Below the pieces are notes generated by a model. The model was not told the DNA's origin and searched no databases. It was given only the letters and a program-made list of their open reading frames with translations. Shown here piece after piece: positions 1-15,472 of a stretch of 64,000 bases of DNA. Position 1 is the stretch's first letter. Each line of letters starts with the position of its first letter. Origin of the DNA: Paecilomyces variotii (taxonomy: Eukaryota); assembly GCA_004022145.1 (NCBI GenBank), contig RCNU01000003.1. One strand, 5' to 3'. The position numbers were made by a program, and so were the translations under genes.

Positions 1-217
1 CCGGCACAAGTCGACCAAAGGCCACGGAACGGCTGGGGAGAAAACCGAATGGCCACGCAGTGCTAAAGATTCTTTCTTCTATCTCTTGTCCGCTAGTCTC
101 AATCTGTCAGTCTCTGTCAGTCAAGGCCATCTTGTTTCTGTCAGACTGGTGTCATTTTCCCGGTTGGCCAATTGCACCTGTTACGCTTGATCCCCGGTCT
201 ATCTATCCCCGCGCGAC

Positions 218-1575
218 ATGGAGGGGCAACCGCAAGACACATTCGTCTCTGGAGAGGAGGAGACGAGGCAGCAGCCGGTTTCATATGAGGCTTCGGAGAC
301 GTCCGAAACTCCAGAATCACCTGGAACTCCAGACCATGTAGCCGAAAAGAGGGAGCATATTCGTCGAGCATGTGCTGCACGCGATTTGGGTGCATTGGTC
401 TCGTATGCTACTTCCGAAGGTGGCTTACTAAACGATGAACTTCGACGATCGGCTTGTACGTGATCTCAAGACTCACTATCAATTCCATACATCGTAACAT
501 CGTGCATACAGGGCCTATCCTCGTAGGAAGTGATCGAATTTCCGGGCGGGATCAACCCGCGTGGTCGAGCCTGCCACGCCACGTGGACGAGGACCAAGTC
601 AAACTGGATGTGAATCGTTCGTTTGTATACTACCCAAACTGTCAGTATGCGAGCTTCTACGCATACAGAAAGAATGGCTAAATATTATCTACAGGTACGG
701 TTAAAGAATTGGACGGTAAAAAGGAAGAGTTGTCAGACCTCATCACGGAGATTCTGAGGAGATACCCAATGCTGTGCTACTTCCAAGGTTATCACGATAT
801 CGCTCAAGTCCTGCTCCTGGTTCTTGGTGCGCAGGATGCTGTTTCAGCTTTTGCTCGCGTATCACTGTTCCGCATCCGGGATTATATGCTGCCATCATTG
901 TCCCCAGCTCTCAAGCATCTTCAGTTGATCCCCGCAATATTGGAGAAAGCAGACCCCAAACTGCGCCGTCACCTCTCCGGGACACGGCCCTTTTTCGCGC
1001 TGGCAGCTACATTAACGCTGTATGCCCATGATATCCAGGAGTACGGAGATATCGCTCGACTCTATGATTTCCTCCTGGCCCACGAACCTGTTGTGGCAAT
1101 CTATCTCTTCGCAGCCATCATCCTTTCGCGCAAGAAAGAGTTGTTCGAAATTCCGATTGATGAGCCGGAGATGCTTCATTTCACGCTCTCGAAACTTCCC
1201 CAGCCACTAGACTTGGAGGGACTTATTTCCAGTGCGGTGAAGCTATTCCATCAGTATCCCCCGGAATCACTTCCCTTCAAGGCTTGGAAGCAGATCCCAC
1301 AATACAGTGTGTTGAAGACGTCGAGAGATCTTGCCACAGAAGGTACTCCGGAACAAGCAAAGGAGTTGTTCAATCTGCAAACTCGTGATATGAGGAGGGA
1401 AGAGCTCAGACAGAAGGCTGTTGGTGTGCTGTGGAAGTACAGGAAACCGGCCGGATCTGTGGGCCTTGCCATTCTCATTGCTGTTATCTCCTTCTGGATC
1501 CGCCGGAACGGACTCGACATTACGATTTGGAACTACATGGGAAAGTTCAGAGAGGCATTCCAAGACCTTCGATGA
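218..1575 (+). CDS. TBC-domain Rab GTPase-activating protein (Gyp8/TBC1D20-like), spliced, with a C-terminal TM anchor
   Basis: TBC motifs QVKLDVNRSF and YFQGYHDIAQV; N-terminal 'GGLLNDELRR'; hydrophobic C-terminal segment; two GT-AG introns near 457-511 and 642-694. Confidence 0.85.
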
Positions 1576-1999
1576 GCACCTGTATTATAATGCGGCGTTA
1601 GGGGCCTCACATATATCGGCTCTATAATATGTGATTCGTGAGGATATACCTACTCTTAGGGACATATGGAGCTGGGTGTCTGGTCATAAAAATGGTTTCG
1701 CGAGAGATATTTGGTCTTTGCTTCTAGATACCGCAGCATACTATGTACATTATAATCAAGAATTACTGTGACTCCATTTGTGACACGATAATGAAAAGTA
1801 TTTAAGCAACAATAGGTTTTTTGTATGGTAGAACACTAGCGTAGTGATTATTGTTACTGCTGGGTCGGCTGTCCCCACAACGCGTGGCTGATGCGTGGCT
1901 CCAACGCGGGTGACGACTACCTGTACTCTTGCATCTCAGCAACACCCGCCAAGCTGTCACCATTGCTCGTTAACACATCGCCGACAGACACATCTCAAT

Positions 2000-3119
2000 A
2001 TGGCAAATCGAGGCTATGATGTGGTAGTCGGTGTCGATGCCGAGGTGAGATTCGAGCTCCTTTTCTCTATTCTCTATGACCCTTTTCACACTGACAATCA
2101 ATAGGGAGACCTCGGGCATACCGACCTTCAAGAGGACCTTGAGTTCCACCCATCCAGTATGTCTCTATAAAACTAATGGTGGCAATGCCCATTCTCAGAC
2201 AGATCTAACCATAGATTCTCTATCTACATAGATTTCGAAAACGACCAACGCAGCTCTAAAATCCAACCGGACTCCGCTCCCTTCTTAGGCGGAGGCCAAT
2301 CCTCCCGCGGTGGTCGCCATAGTCGTACTCCCAGCGCCAGCGCACCCTCCAAGCTCCGTCTGTGGTCGATCCATTACTACTCGCAATTCTTCGACGTCGA
2401 CACAAACGAAGTCATCCGTCGCGGTGCAGCAGCTCTGTACCCACGGACCAACTTCCTCGATGTTCTCGATGGTAATCCGGACCTGTACGGCCCCTTCTGG
2501 ATCGCAACGACCGTGGTCGTCATCCTCTTCTTGACCGGTACGATCTCGCAATATCTGTCCAACACGAGTAGGAAGCACTTTGAGTATGATTTCCGACTGC
2601 TCTCTGGTGCGGCTGGCTTGATTTATGGTTATACTGGCGTTCTTCCTGTCGCGCTGTGGGGGTTCCTACGGTGGTCCGGTAGCACGAGCGCGGATCTTAT
2701 CGAGGCCTGGGCGCTGTATGGATATGCGAATATTGTCTGGATTGCAGTTGCGCTGGTCAGTTGGAGTCCGCTGACGGCGCTCAATTGGGCCCTTGTTGGT
2801 GTGGGATTTGGCTGGTCTGTTTTCTTCCTTTTGAGGAATCTGTACCCCGTCATCATGGCGACGGATGCGAAGAGAAGTAAGATCTTGCTTGTTCTGGTGG
2901 TTGTCCTTCACGCGGGGTTGGCGATTGCGATTAAGATCCTGTTCTTTGCGTAAGTGCTCTTACCCTTTATTATACATGCTGTGTTCCCCCCTCGAGTGCT
3001 GACATGATACTTGCAGGCATGGAAGCCCCGTCTCCAAGAAGAACAAGGACCATGGCGACGATGACGATGACGACCACGACCACGATCATGATGACAAGAG
3101 GCGGATGATGATGTTCTAA
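2000..3119 (+). CDS. Yip1-domain Golgi membrane protein (YIPF1/2, Yip5-like), spliced
   Basis: Starts MANRGYDVVV; contains 'YYSQFFDVDT' and 'PDLYGPFWIATTVVVILF' Yip1 motifs and several TM helices; last exon has a D/H-rich tail ending TAA at 3117-3119. Confidence 0.85.
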
Positions 3120-3601
3120 GCGTGGGAAGTGAGGTGGTGGCTTTGTACGAGTACCAGTTACCAGTTATCCGGCGCCTAGTGTTATCCGTCATGGCTCTCA
3201 TCCAAGTTGGAGGAGTTACGTAGTCTTGAGGCTCTGGAAGCATATTTTTTTTCTACTTCGTTACTCAATTATGTAGTTCATAACCTTTTCTCGAAATTGC
3301 TCGGTTTCCCAAAAGTCTACCCGGTTCCAAAAGAAAAGACTTATCATAAGATATAGTTATATTATCTGCGAACATGTTTACATAAATATTTATGAATCTG
3401 TTGCTGATTGCGACTTTTCTCTCGGGAGGAACTCTTTGGGGTTCTTTGAAGTGTTTTTTGAAGGACATTGAACTAGCTTTAATTTTTTTCCGCTATATCA
3501 TCTCAACGCCTGAACCTCCCTTGCCGTCAATCGGGATACAAGATCCATGTCATCACGTCCCCACAAACAGTAGCACATCCGCAAGTAAAATAACGAAGCG
3601 T

Positions 3602-4513
<912 letters not shown>

Positions 4514-4930
4514 GGTTGCGATATTCGTCCGTTGCTGGCTGATGATCGTTCGCTGGTCAGTCGTTGGGAACGGGTGACAATTTGAAGATTCTCGCTTAGC
4601 AGGGGCGAGCGGGTGGGTCGGAGGCGAAACATGCCCTAAGCCCTAACTTCTATTTCCGTCTGGTCGACTGCGGGTGGCTCGGATGGCTCCAACTGGGAGT
4701 ATGTAGGCATTGTAGGGTTTACTTCTCCGCATTTATGCATTGCATTGAATTGACGCTAGTGCCAAGGTGATGGCAACTATAGAGAGACGTACAGAATACT
4801 TTCTACGTTACACATAAATTCCATCTCTTTCTAGACGTATTTGCTATCCTCGTATTCTTACCAATCCTGTTAATTGTAGTATTGTCTGATGACGATAAGA
4901 TAAAAGAATCCATGCAATGCCTAGTACAGA

Positions 4931-7083
4931 TCAAATCCCATCATCTTCTGGTGCAGAGAACTCCCGCTCATCCAAATATTCCAGATCACTCATATCTTCA
5001 TCTTCCTCACCTAGACCAAACACACTAGTGCCAGCATCGGTCTCAGGATATTCTCCATGGTATTCCATTCTCCTCTTGCTATCCAACCATTGGTCAAGTC
5101 TTCTTTCTGTCTCGAAGACTGTTCTGACGAGTCTATGCAAAGACAGCCCTACGATCTTGGAGGCAGCTTCGTAGAAGGCCCTTGCTGTTTCTGGAAGATC
5201 ACCTTCGGATCTGTACCGCTGATATAATTCACCAGGGCGAATGATGTCGTCTTCGCGACCTTCGATCTCTTCTTTGCTAAGGGCTTTCCTCGGTTTCAAA
5301 GCCCCCATGACCGTGTCTAGTTTCTTTTGCAACGGATCTTGATCATCCGTCATCGAGATAGGCTGTGGCTCGTCTTCGATACCGGTTCGGCCAGCGGGAA
5401 ACATATCCGCTAGTGGATGCGAGGCTTTTAGATAGTTAGTTTCGAACTCACATAATGAAGCGATGGTGCAGTTCTTACTTCTCACATCGAGCCAGCTCTT
5501 CTCATACCAATCCATATACTCATCAAGCTGGAGTGTTGTCATATCAAAAACGTCCGTCTCGTTGACCAGAATCTCATTGCCTTTTCCAATTCTTCCACCT
5601 TCCGTTGTTCGAGACTCGAACTGTTTCTGAGCTTCTGCCCAAACTTTCCAGTTCATCCTTTGAGATCCTGGTTCTTTTGTTGATTCCGGATATCGTTCAA
5701 CATCATCGAACGGGAAAAGAAGTTTGGTTGAAACAACAATTAAAGACATTAACTGCACTTCTGGCATCAGGAGATATGTAGCTTTATCCTTAACACTGGC
5801 TGGAAACTGAAACGTGAAACCTGTAAGTTTCTGTAACTGATTCACTGCAGGATAAATCTCAACTGTTCCTTGTCAGATTTTGTATCCAGAACGCATTATT
5901 TTTCATGGCCGAGAACACTTACTGGGAAGCGAGAGTTGTTTAACGTGGTTGAACAGGATAAGCGGCGAATTCAGTGGAGGAAAGGTGACACCGAATCTCT
6001 TGTTGTAGAGAAGTGCCAACTCAAGCACGAGTCTATGTAAGTGCTCTGCTTGTAGAAGGCGCTGCTACAAAGTCAGCAAGGATAGAAGCAGGTACCGTGG
6101 GAACATTACCCTCGTATCTAATGCACCAATGTATTCCTGAGGAAGACGGTCTCTCATTTCACGAGGAACTTCCCGGACAGCCCTGATAAAGGGAATCTCC
6201 TGTCGCATGGCGAATCTTGATGAGAGAACATTAGCGCATACGCAGCATGCCACATATCTAGGTAGTTTCCCTTACCTGTGGAGATCCGAAATACCAACTG
6301 GTAATCTAAGCAGCAAGGCTCCTAGGTAACATAACCCAAGTGTTTCAGCTAGAGTTGGGTTGTCTGTAACCTTGCCCCAACGCATTCGAGGCCCATCCTC
6401 GTCATCCTCGGCTGCGATGGCCTGAGAGCTGAAAATTTGCGCATCAAGCTCTGCATCAGAAGCAGTTTCGATCTTTTCAGAGAGCCTTTCCAGTCGAAGA
6501 GCCCAAAGATCTTTAACCACCGTCTTTTGGTTGAAAGGGATATTAGCAATTTTCGCCCGGGATTCAGAAAAGTGAAGACGGATAACTATGCTGACCTCGA
6601 ATTCGGAAGGGAAACCCTTCTGCTGCACGAGAGCAAAACATTGCTTCCATAGGATTAACTGGTAAATCTGCAGGAACAGAGTAAAAGCGCGTCGACCACG
6701 ATAGGCTGTATCGTGATGTTAGAAGATAATTACTAGCTTGTGATTGGATGATGCCGATGAGATACAAGAAAATTTCGATGCTCCATCAGGATGTAGACGT
6801 ACTCTTTTGAGTCTTCTCTGCCGCTGCTTTCTTTATTCTGTTTATTTTACCCTGTGTCCCGAAGTCTTCAGGATCCTCCTCGACTTGTCGTCCCTATAAA
6901 GACCAAACGGATTAAGCCTCCCGTCAGCGTTGTCGATCTCTTCCAGCCATGTGCGACTGCGATGCATGGTGCACGTACCTCTTGCTGGTGACCACGCAGA
7001 CAAAACCAGAGGCCATTATCAAGGTAATACCGTGTCTCACGACATCCTTCCTGTCCACATACCCCGCGCGTGACATACTCCAT
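4931..7083 (-). CDS. RRN7: RNA polymerase I core factor subunit Rrn7/TAF1B-like, multi-exon
   Basis: N-terminal zinc ribbon CGQEGC...WFCLRGHQ; 'VVKDLWALRL', 'LGLCYLGALLLRLP', 'IPFIRA' and 'PEVQLMSLIVV' segments typical of Rrn7. Confidence 0.75.
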
Positions 7084-7635
7084 GCCGACCAGCGTGGTTC
7101 ATGCTCGTGACATCGAGCCGGTAATTGCGGGGTCTGGGCTCCTCGGGAGATGAAAAGCCGCCTCCACCTGAAGGAACTTTTTCTAGACCTCGCTTGTTAA
7201 GTTGCAAGGCTATATTATTATTACATCGCCACCACGAGATCTATTTCAACTACGTCTCGCTTGAGTGGACCTGGTGAGGATATATATAAACTTTATAAAG
7301 AAATAAAATAAGGCCTACGCTCCAAAGATCAAGTAGTTATTAGGTATGAAATTTGACACGAATCGTCTGTATACGCTGAAATTTTTTTATTCGTTCGTCA
7401 AAACTATCGTGAGGTGCTGAACTCCAAACTGTTCTTCGGACAAGGCGTAATTATACTGCCAATCGAGAGCAATCCGTCTGTAGATCCAGCCCACATCTCG
7501 TGGCACATTGACCGATATAAGACAGGGACAAGCCAGCCGAGTATCCCAAGATCAAAAATTCCACGGAACGTTTCATGATCTCTGGGGTGGATTTTGACAT
7601 AAGCACAATGAGAAAGTAGCTCAGTCGCATTACGT

Positions 7636-8388
7636 TTAGGCACCACGGGGAGCCTCCTTGGCATCGACGGCGATTTCCTCACCCATGGAGGTCAGGACAA
7701 CGACGTCTAGGACCAGTCAGCAAATTGTATATCCAGGATCTAGAATAAGAGAACATACTAGTGTCCTTCTCCTCCTCACGGAAGAGACGGTTGATCTTCT
7801 CACCGACTTCACCCTCGGGAAGCTTGACGTCGTCCTTGGTGGCACCGGTGTCGTCCATGAGGGACAGGAAGTCATCGTCAGTGACATCGATCTGTCATAA
7901 GAGGTCAGTTGCTATTGCACAAAGGCACTCGTCCTCTCAAGCGTCACTTACGAGCTGGTACTCCTTGCGGTGGACAACGGGGACGTCCATGTTGTGGGTG
8001 GAGGGAGACAGATCTTCGAGCTTCTTGCCAGTGAAGATATCAATGGCAACGATGTGGACCTTGGCGTGACCGTGCTTTCCGGTCTTGGAGGTGGACATCT
8101 CAACGATCTTGCATGGGCGACCCTTGATGACAACGTGACCGTTCTTCCTCAGGGCAGAACACTGCATGGGGAAGGTCGTAGAGGCACCGGCATCGGCGCT
8201 CTCGAAGGTGTGCTCATGCTGTTTGATAGCAGCGACTGTCAGTATCCATATAGACTGAGATTGCTTTGACTTGTGTTGCGCAGACAGGGATTTTCCTCGC
8301 CGGCAGGTGAAGATGCGGGGCAGAATAGAAAAGAACCGTGCAGGTTGGACAGGGCAAGAAAGGAGCTTACCTGGGCGTCGTCGGCCAT
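7636..8388 (-). CDS. eIF5A: Translation factor eIF5A
   Basis: Hypusination motif [14 protein letters not shown]; '[13 protein letters not shown]'; spliced from MADDAQ to ...KEAPRGA*. Confidence 0.97.
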
Positions 8389-8825
8389 GGTGACGGTAAT
8401 AGAGTCTTCCTGGTAAAAATCGAAAGACGGATGAAGAGAAGGACGGCAGATGAGCACGCAAGGAAAATTGGAAGCAGAGAAGGACGGGACGAGAAACGGG
8501 GAATTCGATGAATCGAGCGAAAAGGCAGTTTTTCAAGTCGCGCACTTTCGTTGTGGCGGGGTCTCAGGGCGCTAACACAATTTGGTGCCTTAGCGTTAGG
8601 CGTCTTATGTAAGCATCTCGACCGCCGCCGATTAACTAGACGTGCGGAGCTAGCAGGACAGGACAGCGAACAAGCTCCAGTTCGACTCTCACCAGCTCTC
8701 TGTTCTCTTCCATCTGCCGTTCCTGGAGACTGGTGGAGGCGAATTGGCCCGGATAGCTGTCTCATATTCATGCTTCCGGTTGCGCATCACGGTGCCTGGG
8801 CGGCTGACCGTGCTATCTGCTGAGG

Positions 8826-11181
8826 ATGTGGCTGGATCGTCTATCTGGTCATTCAACGCCCTCGGGCTCTCCGTCTCCATACAATAACCGCAATTATTCG
8901 CCTCACTCGCGCAGACCCTCCCATCTTTCCCCTAATCCACCCTCGAATCGCCCAGGGATCAATCCGCGGTCATCCTCGTTGTCTCTATTATCTATCTCGA
9001 ATGACTCCACGGCATCCCTCCCAGGTACTGCTCGCGCTTCCAATGGCGCGTCCCAGAAACAAGGAACGTCCAGTTCACGTCCACCCGGTGTACCAGATCC
9101 CATTGACGTGCTGAATGCTATCATTGGAAAACGGAGTGACGAGAGTGGCGGAACAGGCCTTGATGCAGAGGCAGAGCCCGCGGAGAAGCCAGCGCAGCTC
9201 GTGGAGACGATTGACTTTGAGGGCCTCAGCCTAGAAGAATTTATTTCGAAGAAAGATGAGACGAACGTGTTTCTCAAGAGTGAAGCAGGTGCCCAGACGA
9301 TCCAGCAATGTATGGCCTGTCCAGTTCGAGCGATTATATTGCAGAAGTTGTTAATACCGTATGTAGTTGAAAAGGAAAGAGATAAATTCCAAGAACTCCA
9401 TAATGCCATTACCGTATGCTGAGTCCTCCATAAGACATCTCCAGTCTCCATACTGATTGAATTGCCCAGGATTGCGATGATATCCTGAAATCAGTCGAGT
9501 CGTATCTCGCGGATTTCCAGACTGAACTCGGGGCTGTTTCTGCTGAAATCGAGACGCTCCAGTCCCGTTCCATCCAGCTGAACGCCAAGCTTGAAAATAG
9601 AAGGAATGTAGAAAAGCTCCTGGGACCAGCAGTGGAAGAGATCAGTATCTCTCCTAAGGCGGTCAAAGTGATCGCTGATGGACCAATCGACGAGAACTGG
9701 ATGAAAGCCCTAACTGAATTGGAAGCCCGCGCTGCTACCATCGAAGCCAAGTCTTCTGGATCGAATAATATCAAAGCGATCGAGGATGTCAAGCCATTAT
9801 TGACAGACATCAAGAACAAGGTGGGTATATCTTCCGCTTCTGGCGACAGGTTGTGCTGAGTAAGAATGCAGGCTGTCGAAAGAATCCGCGACTACTTGGT
9901 CTCTCAGATTAGAGCTTTACGATCGCCAAATATCAACGCTCAGATCCTGCAGCAACAGAAGCTGGTCAAATTCAAGGACCTATATAGCTACATCTCCAGG
10001 GCCCATCCTACTCTTACAGAACAGATAACGCAAGCATATGTCAACACGATGCGCTGGTACTATCTGTCTAATTTTACACGGTACAATCAAGCCCTGGAGA
10101 AGCTGAAATTGCATACCGATAGAAATGATGTTCTGGGCGGTGATCCTTCGTCTCAACGCACTGGTGAGTGCTCCGATGCTGTCTGTTTAAGTGCACGGTT
10201 ACTAAATGTGGCAGGAAATATCTTAACCACTGGTCGAGGTGTGACTGCCGCCCACGATCCTTTCTCTCTGGGAAGAAGAATGGATATACTCAGAACCACC
10301 AACCATATGGCCATGTCGTCGTATCTTGTGGATGAAGACAAGTCGGTTCATGGAATTGAGGTCCCATTCAGAAACTTCAATCTTGCTCTGGTTGATAATG
10401 TCTCAGCAGAGTATTCTTTCATGACTGAGATGTTTTCCACTAAGACATTCCACCAGATCTCCCGCAGAGCCGTCGAAATCTTCGAGCCTGTCTTTGCTCT
10501 CGGGCAGTCGTTGACCAAACAATTGATCGAAAACAGTACTGATAGTCTTGGTGTTCTGTTATGCGTCAGATTAAATCAGCAATCCGCCTTTGAGCTACAG
10601 CGCCGCAAGATTCCTGTGGCAGACTCGTACGTCAACGGCACCAACATGCTATTGTGGCCGCGATTCCAGAAAATTATGGATATGCACTGCGAGTCATTGA
10701 AGCGCTTGTCGGCTTCAGGACGAAGTTCAGTCCCCTCTCTTTCATTAGGGGGAGATGACAAGCACTCATCCGCGCCTCACTTCCTCACTCAGCGATTCGG
10801 TCAACTGCTTCATGGCATATTAGCTCTGAGTGGCGAGGCAGGTGATGACGAACCCCTATCAAACAGTCTTGCAAGATTAACTGCCGAATTCGACTCTCTT
10901 CTCACAAAACTCAGTCGAAGCACTGGAGATCCGAAGAGAAGGGAACGCTTCCTCTTTAATAATTACTCTTTGGTTCTAACCATCATCAGCGTACGTCTTC
11001 CTTCCCTTAAATTTCTGATTATCGAGTAGGTTCACTGACAATGAACAGGATACGGATGGAAAACTAGCAGCTGAGCAGAAACAGGTATGTTTTAGTCACT
11101 CACCCTTTCGGGAGAAACCAATTACTGAACCATATACAGCATTTTGACGAGTTGCTCAAATCGACAGCGAAAAGAACCTAA
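8826..11181 (+). CDS. VPS52: GARP complex subunit Vps52/Sac2, multi-exon
   Basis: 'FQTELGAVSAEIETLQSRS', 'NIQ..QQ'-type motif 'SPNINAQILQQQ', 'AYVNTMRWYY', 'LWPRFQ', 'PHFLTQRF' and 'FLFNNYSLVLTII'. Confidence 0.9.
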
Positions 11182-12046
11182 CGTTTCCGTGTACGGTTTC
11201 CCAGGAATATTTCAAGTGTAGGCACTTGCTTTCCGTTTGCGTGGACTTGCTTTGATTCTGCTTTTCATGTCCATTCAATACCCGAAAATCTGCACTCGCG
11301 TTTCCCTACTCTTATTGATATCCGGATAGATGGTTAAATATTTTTAATGAGTTTAGACGCGTCAATTCATCGTATTACACTCATACACATAGACGAAGAG
11401 TTTCTTCCGCAACTCGCAAATATCTTACAAGTTACCCAAATGCTGAAAATGGGCAAATAGGTGCACCCCTCTCAAGGTCTGAACCATTAGTAAATTGTCA
11501 TTTTACGATTAAACAGTACAACTTCCGAACAGACCATACGTTCGTGTCGTTATCAACATCTTGAAGATGACGTTGGTATTCTCTCGAGATGTCGAGAGTG
11601 GGGGGTTAAGTACTCCATATTCCGTATTTTACCAAACGCATGTAACGAAGCCTTCATCTTGAAGCTGGCCATAAATATACAACCGCAACTTGATGTTGAA
11701 AATATGCCATTTTCTCCGTGCAACCTCATGGATTTACATAATCAGCACAAGACCCGGTTTCCCCGTCCTCCTCATAGACCCATAATACAGCCAAAATAAA
11801 ATATTACCCAATAGTAAACAAAAGACAAGATCGATAAGACCTCCATATATTCTCGGGACGATTTACTTACTTAGCGTGGGTTTCGGACTTATCGCCGAAT
11901 CCACCCCGAGTGCGGAGAACCGCAAGTGACGACAAGATCCCAGGAATGGGGGCAGATCAAAAAATAACAACTCTCCTCCCGAGATTGTATTCCAGACAAC
12001 GACGAGACTTCTGGCTCGTTGGAATTCTTTTCTCCATTGAGCCGCC

Positions 12047-13388
12047 ATGGTCGGTCGGTCGTTGTTCGCGCCTCAAGCCCTGCGCTCCAGACGGTTCTTC
12101 TCGACCACGCGCGCCGTCAATGCGGACTTTACTCATGCGGTACGTCTGGCAATTCTCCCCGTTTGTTGGGCATTGTGTGAATTATAGCTAATAGCGCACT
12201 TCAGGTCATTGGAGCTGGAGTAGTAGGCCTTGCGGTTGCTCGGCAATTGGCCTCGAGAGATGGCACGTCAACGATACTGTTAGAACGGCATGGAGCTGTG
12301 GGGATGGAGACAAGTAGTCGGAATTCAGAAGTATGTCCCTTCGCCAATTCCTGTGTGTGTGTGTGTGCTTGCAGCTAACATCACGGCGTGCATTGTAGGT
12401 CATCCATGCTGGTATATACTACCCCGCAGATTCCCTGAAAACGAAGCTCTGCATCAAGGGTAGAGAGATGTTATACGACCTATGCGAGAAGCGGGATATT
12501 CCCCATCGCAACACGAAGAAATGGATCGTTGCCCAAAATGAAGACGAATGGAAATCCTGTCTCAGAGTCCACGAACATGCGCAATCGATAGGTGTACCGA
12601 CACGACTGGTCAGTCAAGAGGAGGCGAAGCAGAGAGAGCCAGAAGTCAGAGCGCAAGCGGGCATCGTGGAGAGTTTGACTACAGGAATTGTGGACAGTCA
12701 TTCGTTAATGACATGCTTACAAGGTGACTATGAGAATCAGGGGGGAGATGTCGCCCTCCAAACGGCCGTGACTAGGATCGAGCCCTTGAATTCCGGCAAA
12801 GATGGATATCGGATATGGGCACGATCTGAAGACGGGTCTGAGGATTCGATCACAGCAGAAACTCTCATAAATAGCGCAGGAAATGGGGCTTGCTATATCA
12901 ACAACTTAGTTCTCCCCGAGGAACGACACCGCACGCCGTATTTCGCGAAGGGGACGTATTTCTCTTACTCGGCATCTTCCCCCAGAACTTCGACGTTGAT
13001 CTACCCGGCCCCGATGCCAGGACATGGTGGGCTGGGTACACATCTCACTTTGGATCTGACCGGACGCATACGATTTGGACCTGATGTTGAATGGATCAGC
13101 GACCCTAATGATCTAAAACCGAGTGCTGCCAGGCTTCAGGAGGCACTACCTCAAATCAAGGCGTATTTGCCCAACGTCAACCCAGAGGCAATCGATCTGG
13201 ATTACTGCGGCATCAGACCGAAATTGAACCCGGGTGGTGGAAACACCGCTGGGAAGGGCTTTCAGGACTTCATCATTCAAAAGGAAGAGGGGTTCCCCGG
13301 TTTTATCAACTTATTAGGCATTGAGAGCCCTGGATTGACGAGTGCCCTAGCTATCGGAAAGATGGTCGAGGGTCTTCTGTATAAGTGA
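12047..13388 (+). CDS. Mitochondrial L-2-hydroxyglutarate dehydrogenase (L2HGDH/LhgO family FAD oxidoreductase)
   Basis: Arg-rich presequence; [12 protein letters not shown] Rossmann motif; '[17 protein letters not shown]'; '[10 protein letters not shown]'; 'FGPDVEW'; 'GIESPGLTS'. Confidence 0.88.
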
Positions 13389-13642
13389 TGTCGAGATTTC
13401 ACCCTTGTATATACGAATGAAGACGATAATATGCGGAAATAAAGGTAAATACACTTAGGTCATTCGCAGTTACAAACCAAGATCAACCGTAAGGGAATGA
13501 GAAAATGAGCGTTTACAATCATCGATACCTGAACGGAAGATCCATACATGCGCTTTACACCTATCGACTTTTGAGTCACATTCATCTATACTACAATGTT
13601 CAATGGATTCTAATGCAGCACCATTTCATACGTATGACCCAA

Positions 13643-15472
13643 TTACGCAACAACGCCGTTCTGCTTTAGCGTCTGGATCTTGTCTTTATTCAATCCCAGA
13701 CCTTCCAACACCTCGTCAGTATGCTCACCTAGAAGAGGTGGTGGTGTCCGAATACTCGGGTCTGCATTTGAATATTTGACTGGTGTGTTGATCACCTTGA
13801 TAGGACCGCAGACTGGATGGTCGATTTCCTTGACCATACCGCGAGCCTTGGCTGTAGATATATCTATATTAGCAATTTTTTTCCATGACATATAGGATTG
13901 AACCGGTGGGATGCATCAACTTACTATGTTCGTGATTGAACGTGCCCATAACGTCGTTAACAGCAGCATAGGGCATTCCCGAGCCTTCGAAAATATCCAG
14001 CCATTCCTGAGTAGTCTTTTTCGTGGTCTCAGCCTCGATGAGACCTTCAAGCTCTTTTCGGTTTTTCACACGGTCATTGTTGGTGTTGTATTTAGGGTCC
14101 GTCTTCCATTCTGGTTTTCCTAGTTTGTCGGCCAAGATCCGGAAGAGTTTGTCGTTGGCACCGCCGATGAAGATGTCTCCGTCGGCAGTTTTGAAGCCTT
14201 GATAAGGGACCACAGAGGCTGGAAAACTCGTCAGCTATTCTGTTTTGACAAATGCCGTGGTTAGAAAGAGACTCTCTACTTACGGTGTGCTGTCCCCCAT
14301 CGTCCAGAGTCCTTCTTGCCACTGATGAGCACTGAGCTGCCCATATTAGCCAACGTAGCCGTCTGGCAGTCGCTCAGGCATACGTCAAGATGCTGACCCT
14401 CCCCAGTGTGCACTCTATGCAGCAGCGCCGCCATGATTGAGTTGCACGCATAGAGTCCCGTCGTCAGATCTGTCACTGCCACTCCCACCTTCACGGGCGG
14501 ACCATCCCGTTGTCCTGTCAAGTGCATCAAACCGAACTCCGCTTCGACCATGACATCAAACCCTGGCCGATTGCTGTAGGGCCCGGTCTGACCGTATCCC
14601 GTGATACTGGCATAGATCAATTTGGGGTTGATCTTCCGAATCGTCTCGTAATCCATGTTGTATTTCGCGAGGGAATTGGGCAGGTAGTTCTCGACAAGCA
14701 CGTCGCAGGTCTTTGCCAGTTCATGAAGGATTTCGACGCCCTCGGGATGGGCGAAGGAAAGTCCTAGGGACTTTTTATTTCGGTTCACCTGGGAGAAGCC
14801 AATTAGTTCCCATGTATATTGTTGGATCCAGGACGAAAAGAGGTTTGGCTTACAGAGAGATAATATGCACTCTCTCCGGGACCTTCCCTTCCATCCAGAT
14901 ATGCAGCAAATGGGGGTCCCCATGCTCTTGTATCGTCTCCTCGTATGGGATGCTCGATTTTAATAATCTCGGCCCTTTATCAAATCACGAACACAAGTCA
15001 GCAAAGTCCACAGAATCCATCGCGACAGAGAATAAACATCAATACACAAAGCCCCACGCCACTGCAGAAGAAGAACAATTCGTACAGAACGTATCGACAT
15101 CAGGGATTCATGGACATCCATACCCCAGATCACCTAGTATTTGTGTACAATATGGCTGCGGGAATCGATGAACCTCAAGTTAGCTTCAGAGCTCACGATT
15201 TACTCGCCCGCATTTTCTCCGCATTCGCGAACAACGGAGATAAAAGCGAATTTCTAATGAAGTATTTTTGGAAGGACTCCTCATACCCCAGCTAGAACTC
15301 TGCTCATGTCCAAAACCCGAATTCCCGCCAGCGGTAACCTCTTATTCGTCGTCGTCGTAGCATGTTGACCTGTTGCTGTTGTCGCGAGTCCTCGATTCGA
15401 GCTCCAACGTGCGGAGATGTAGGCGGATCTTCTGCCGACAACCGACAGTGACCGCAGAGGGTGAGAGTACAT
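13643..15472 (-). CDS. Family III (CaiB/BaiF) CoA-transferase, SUGCT-like, with a mitochondrial-like presequence
   Basis: '[27 protein letters not shown]', '[10 protein letters not shown]', 'VNRNKKS', 'DVLVENYLP', '[13 protein letters not shown]', 'PPLLGEHT'. Confidence 0.9.
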
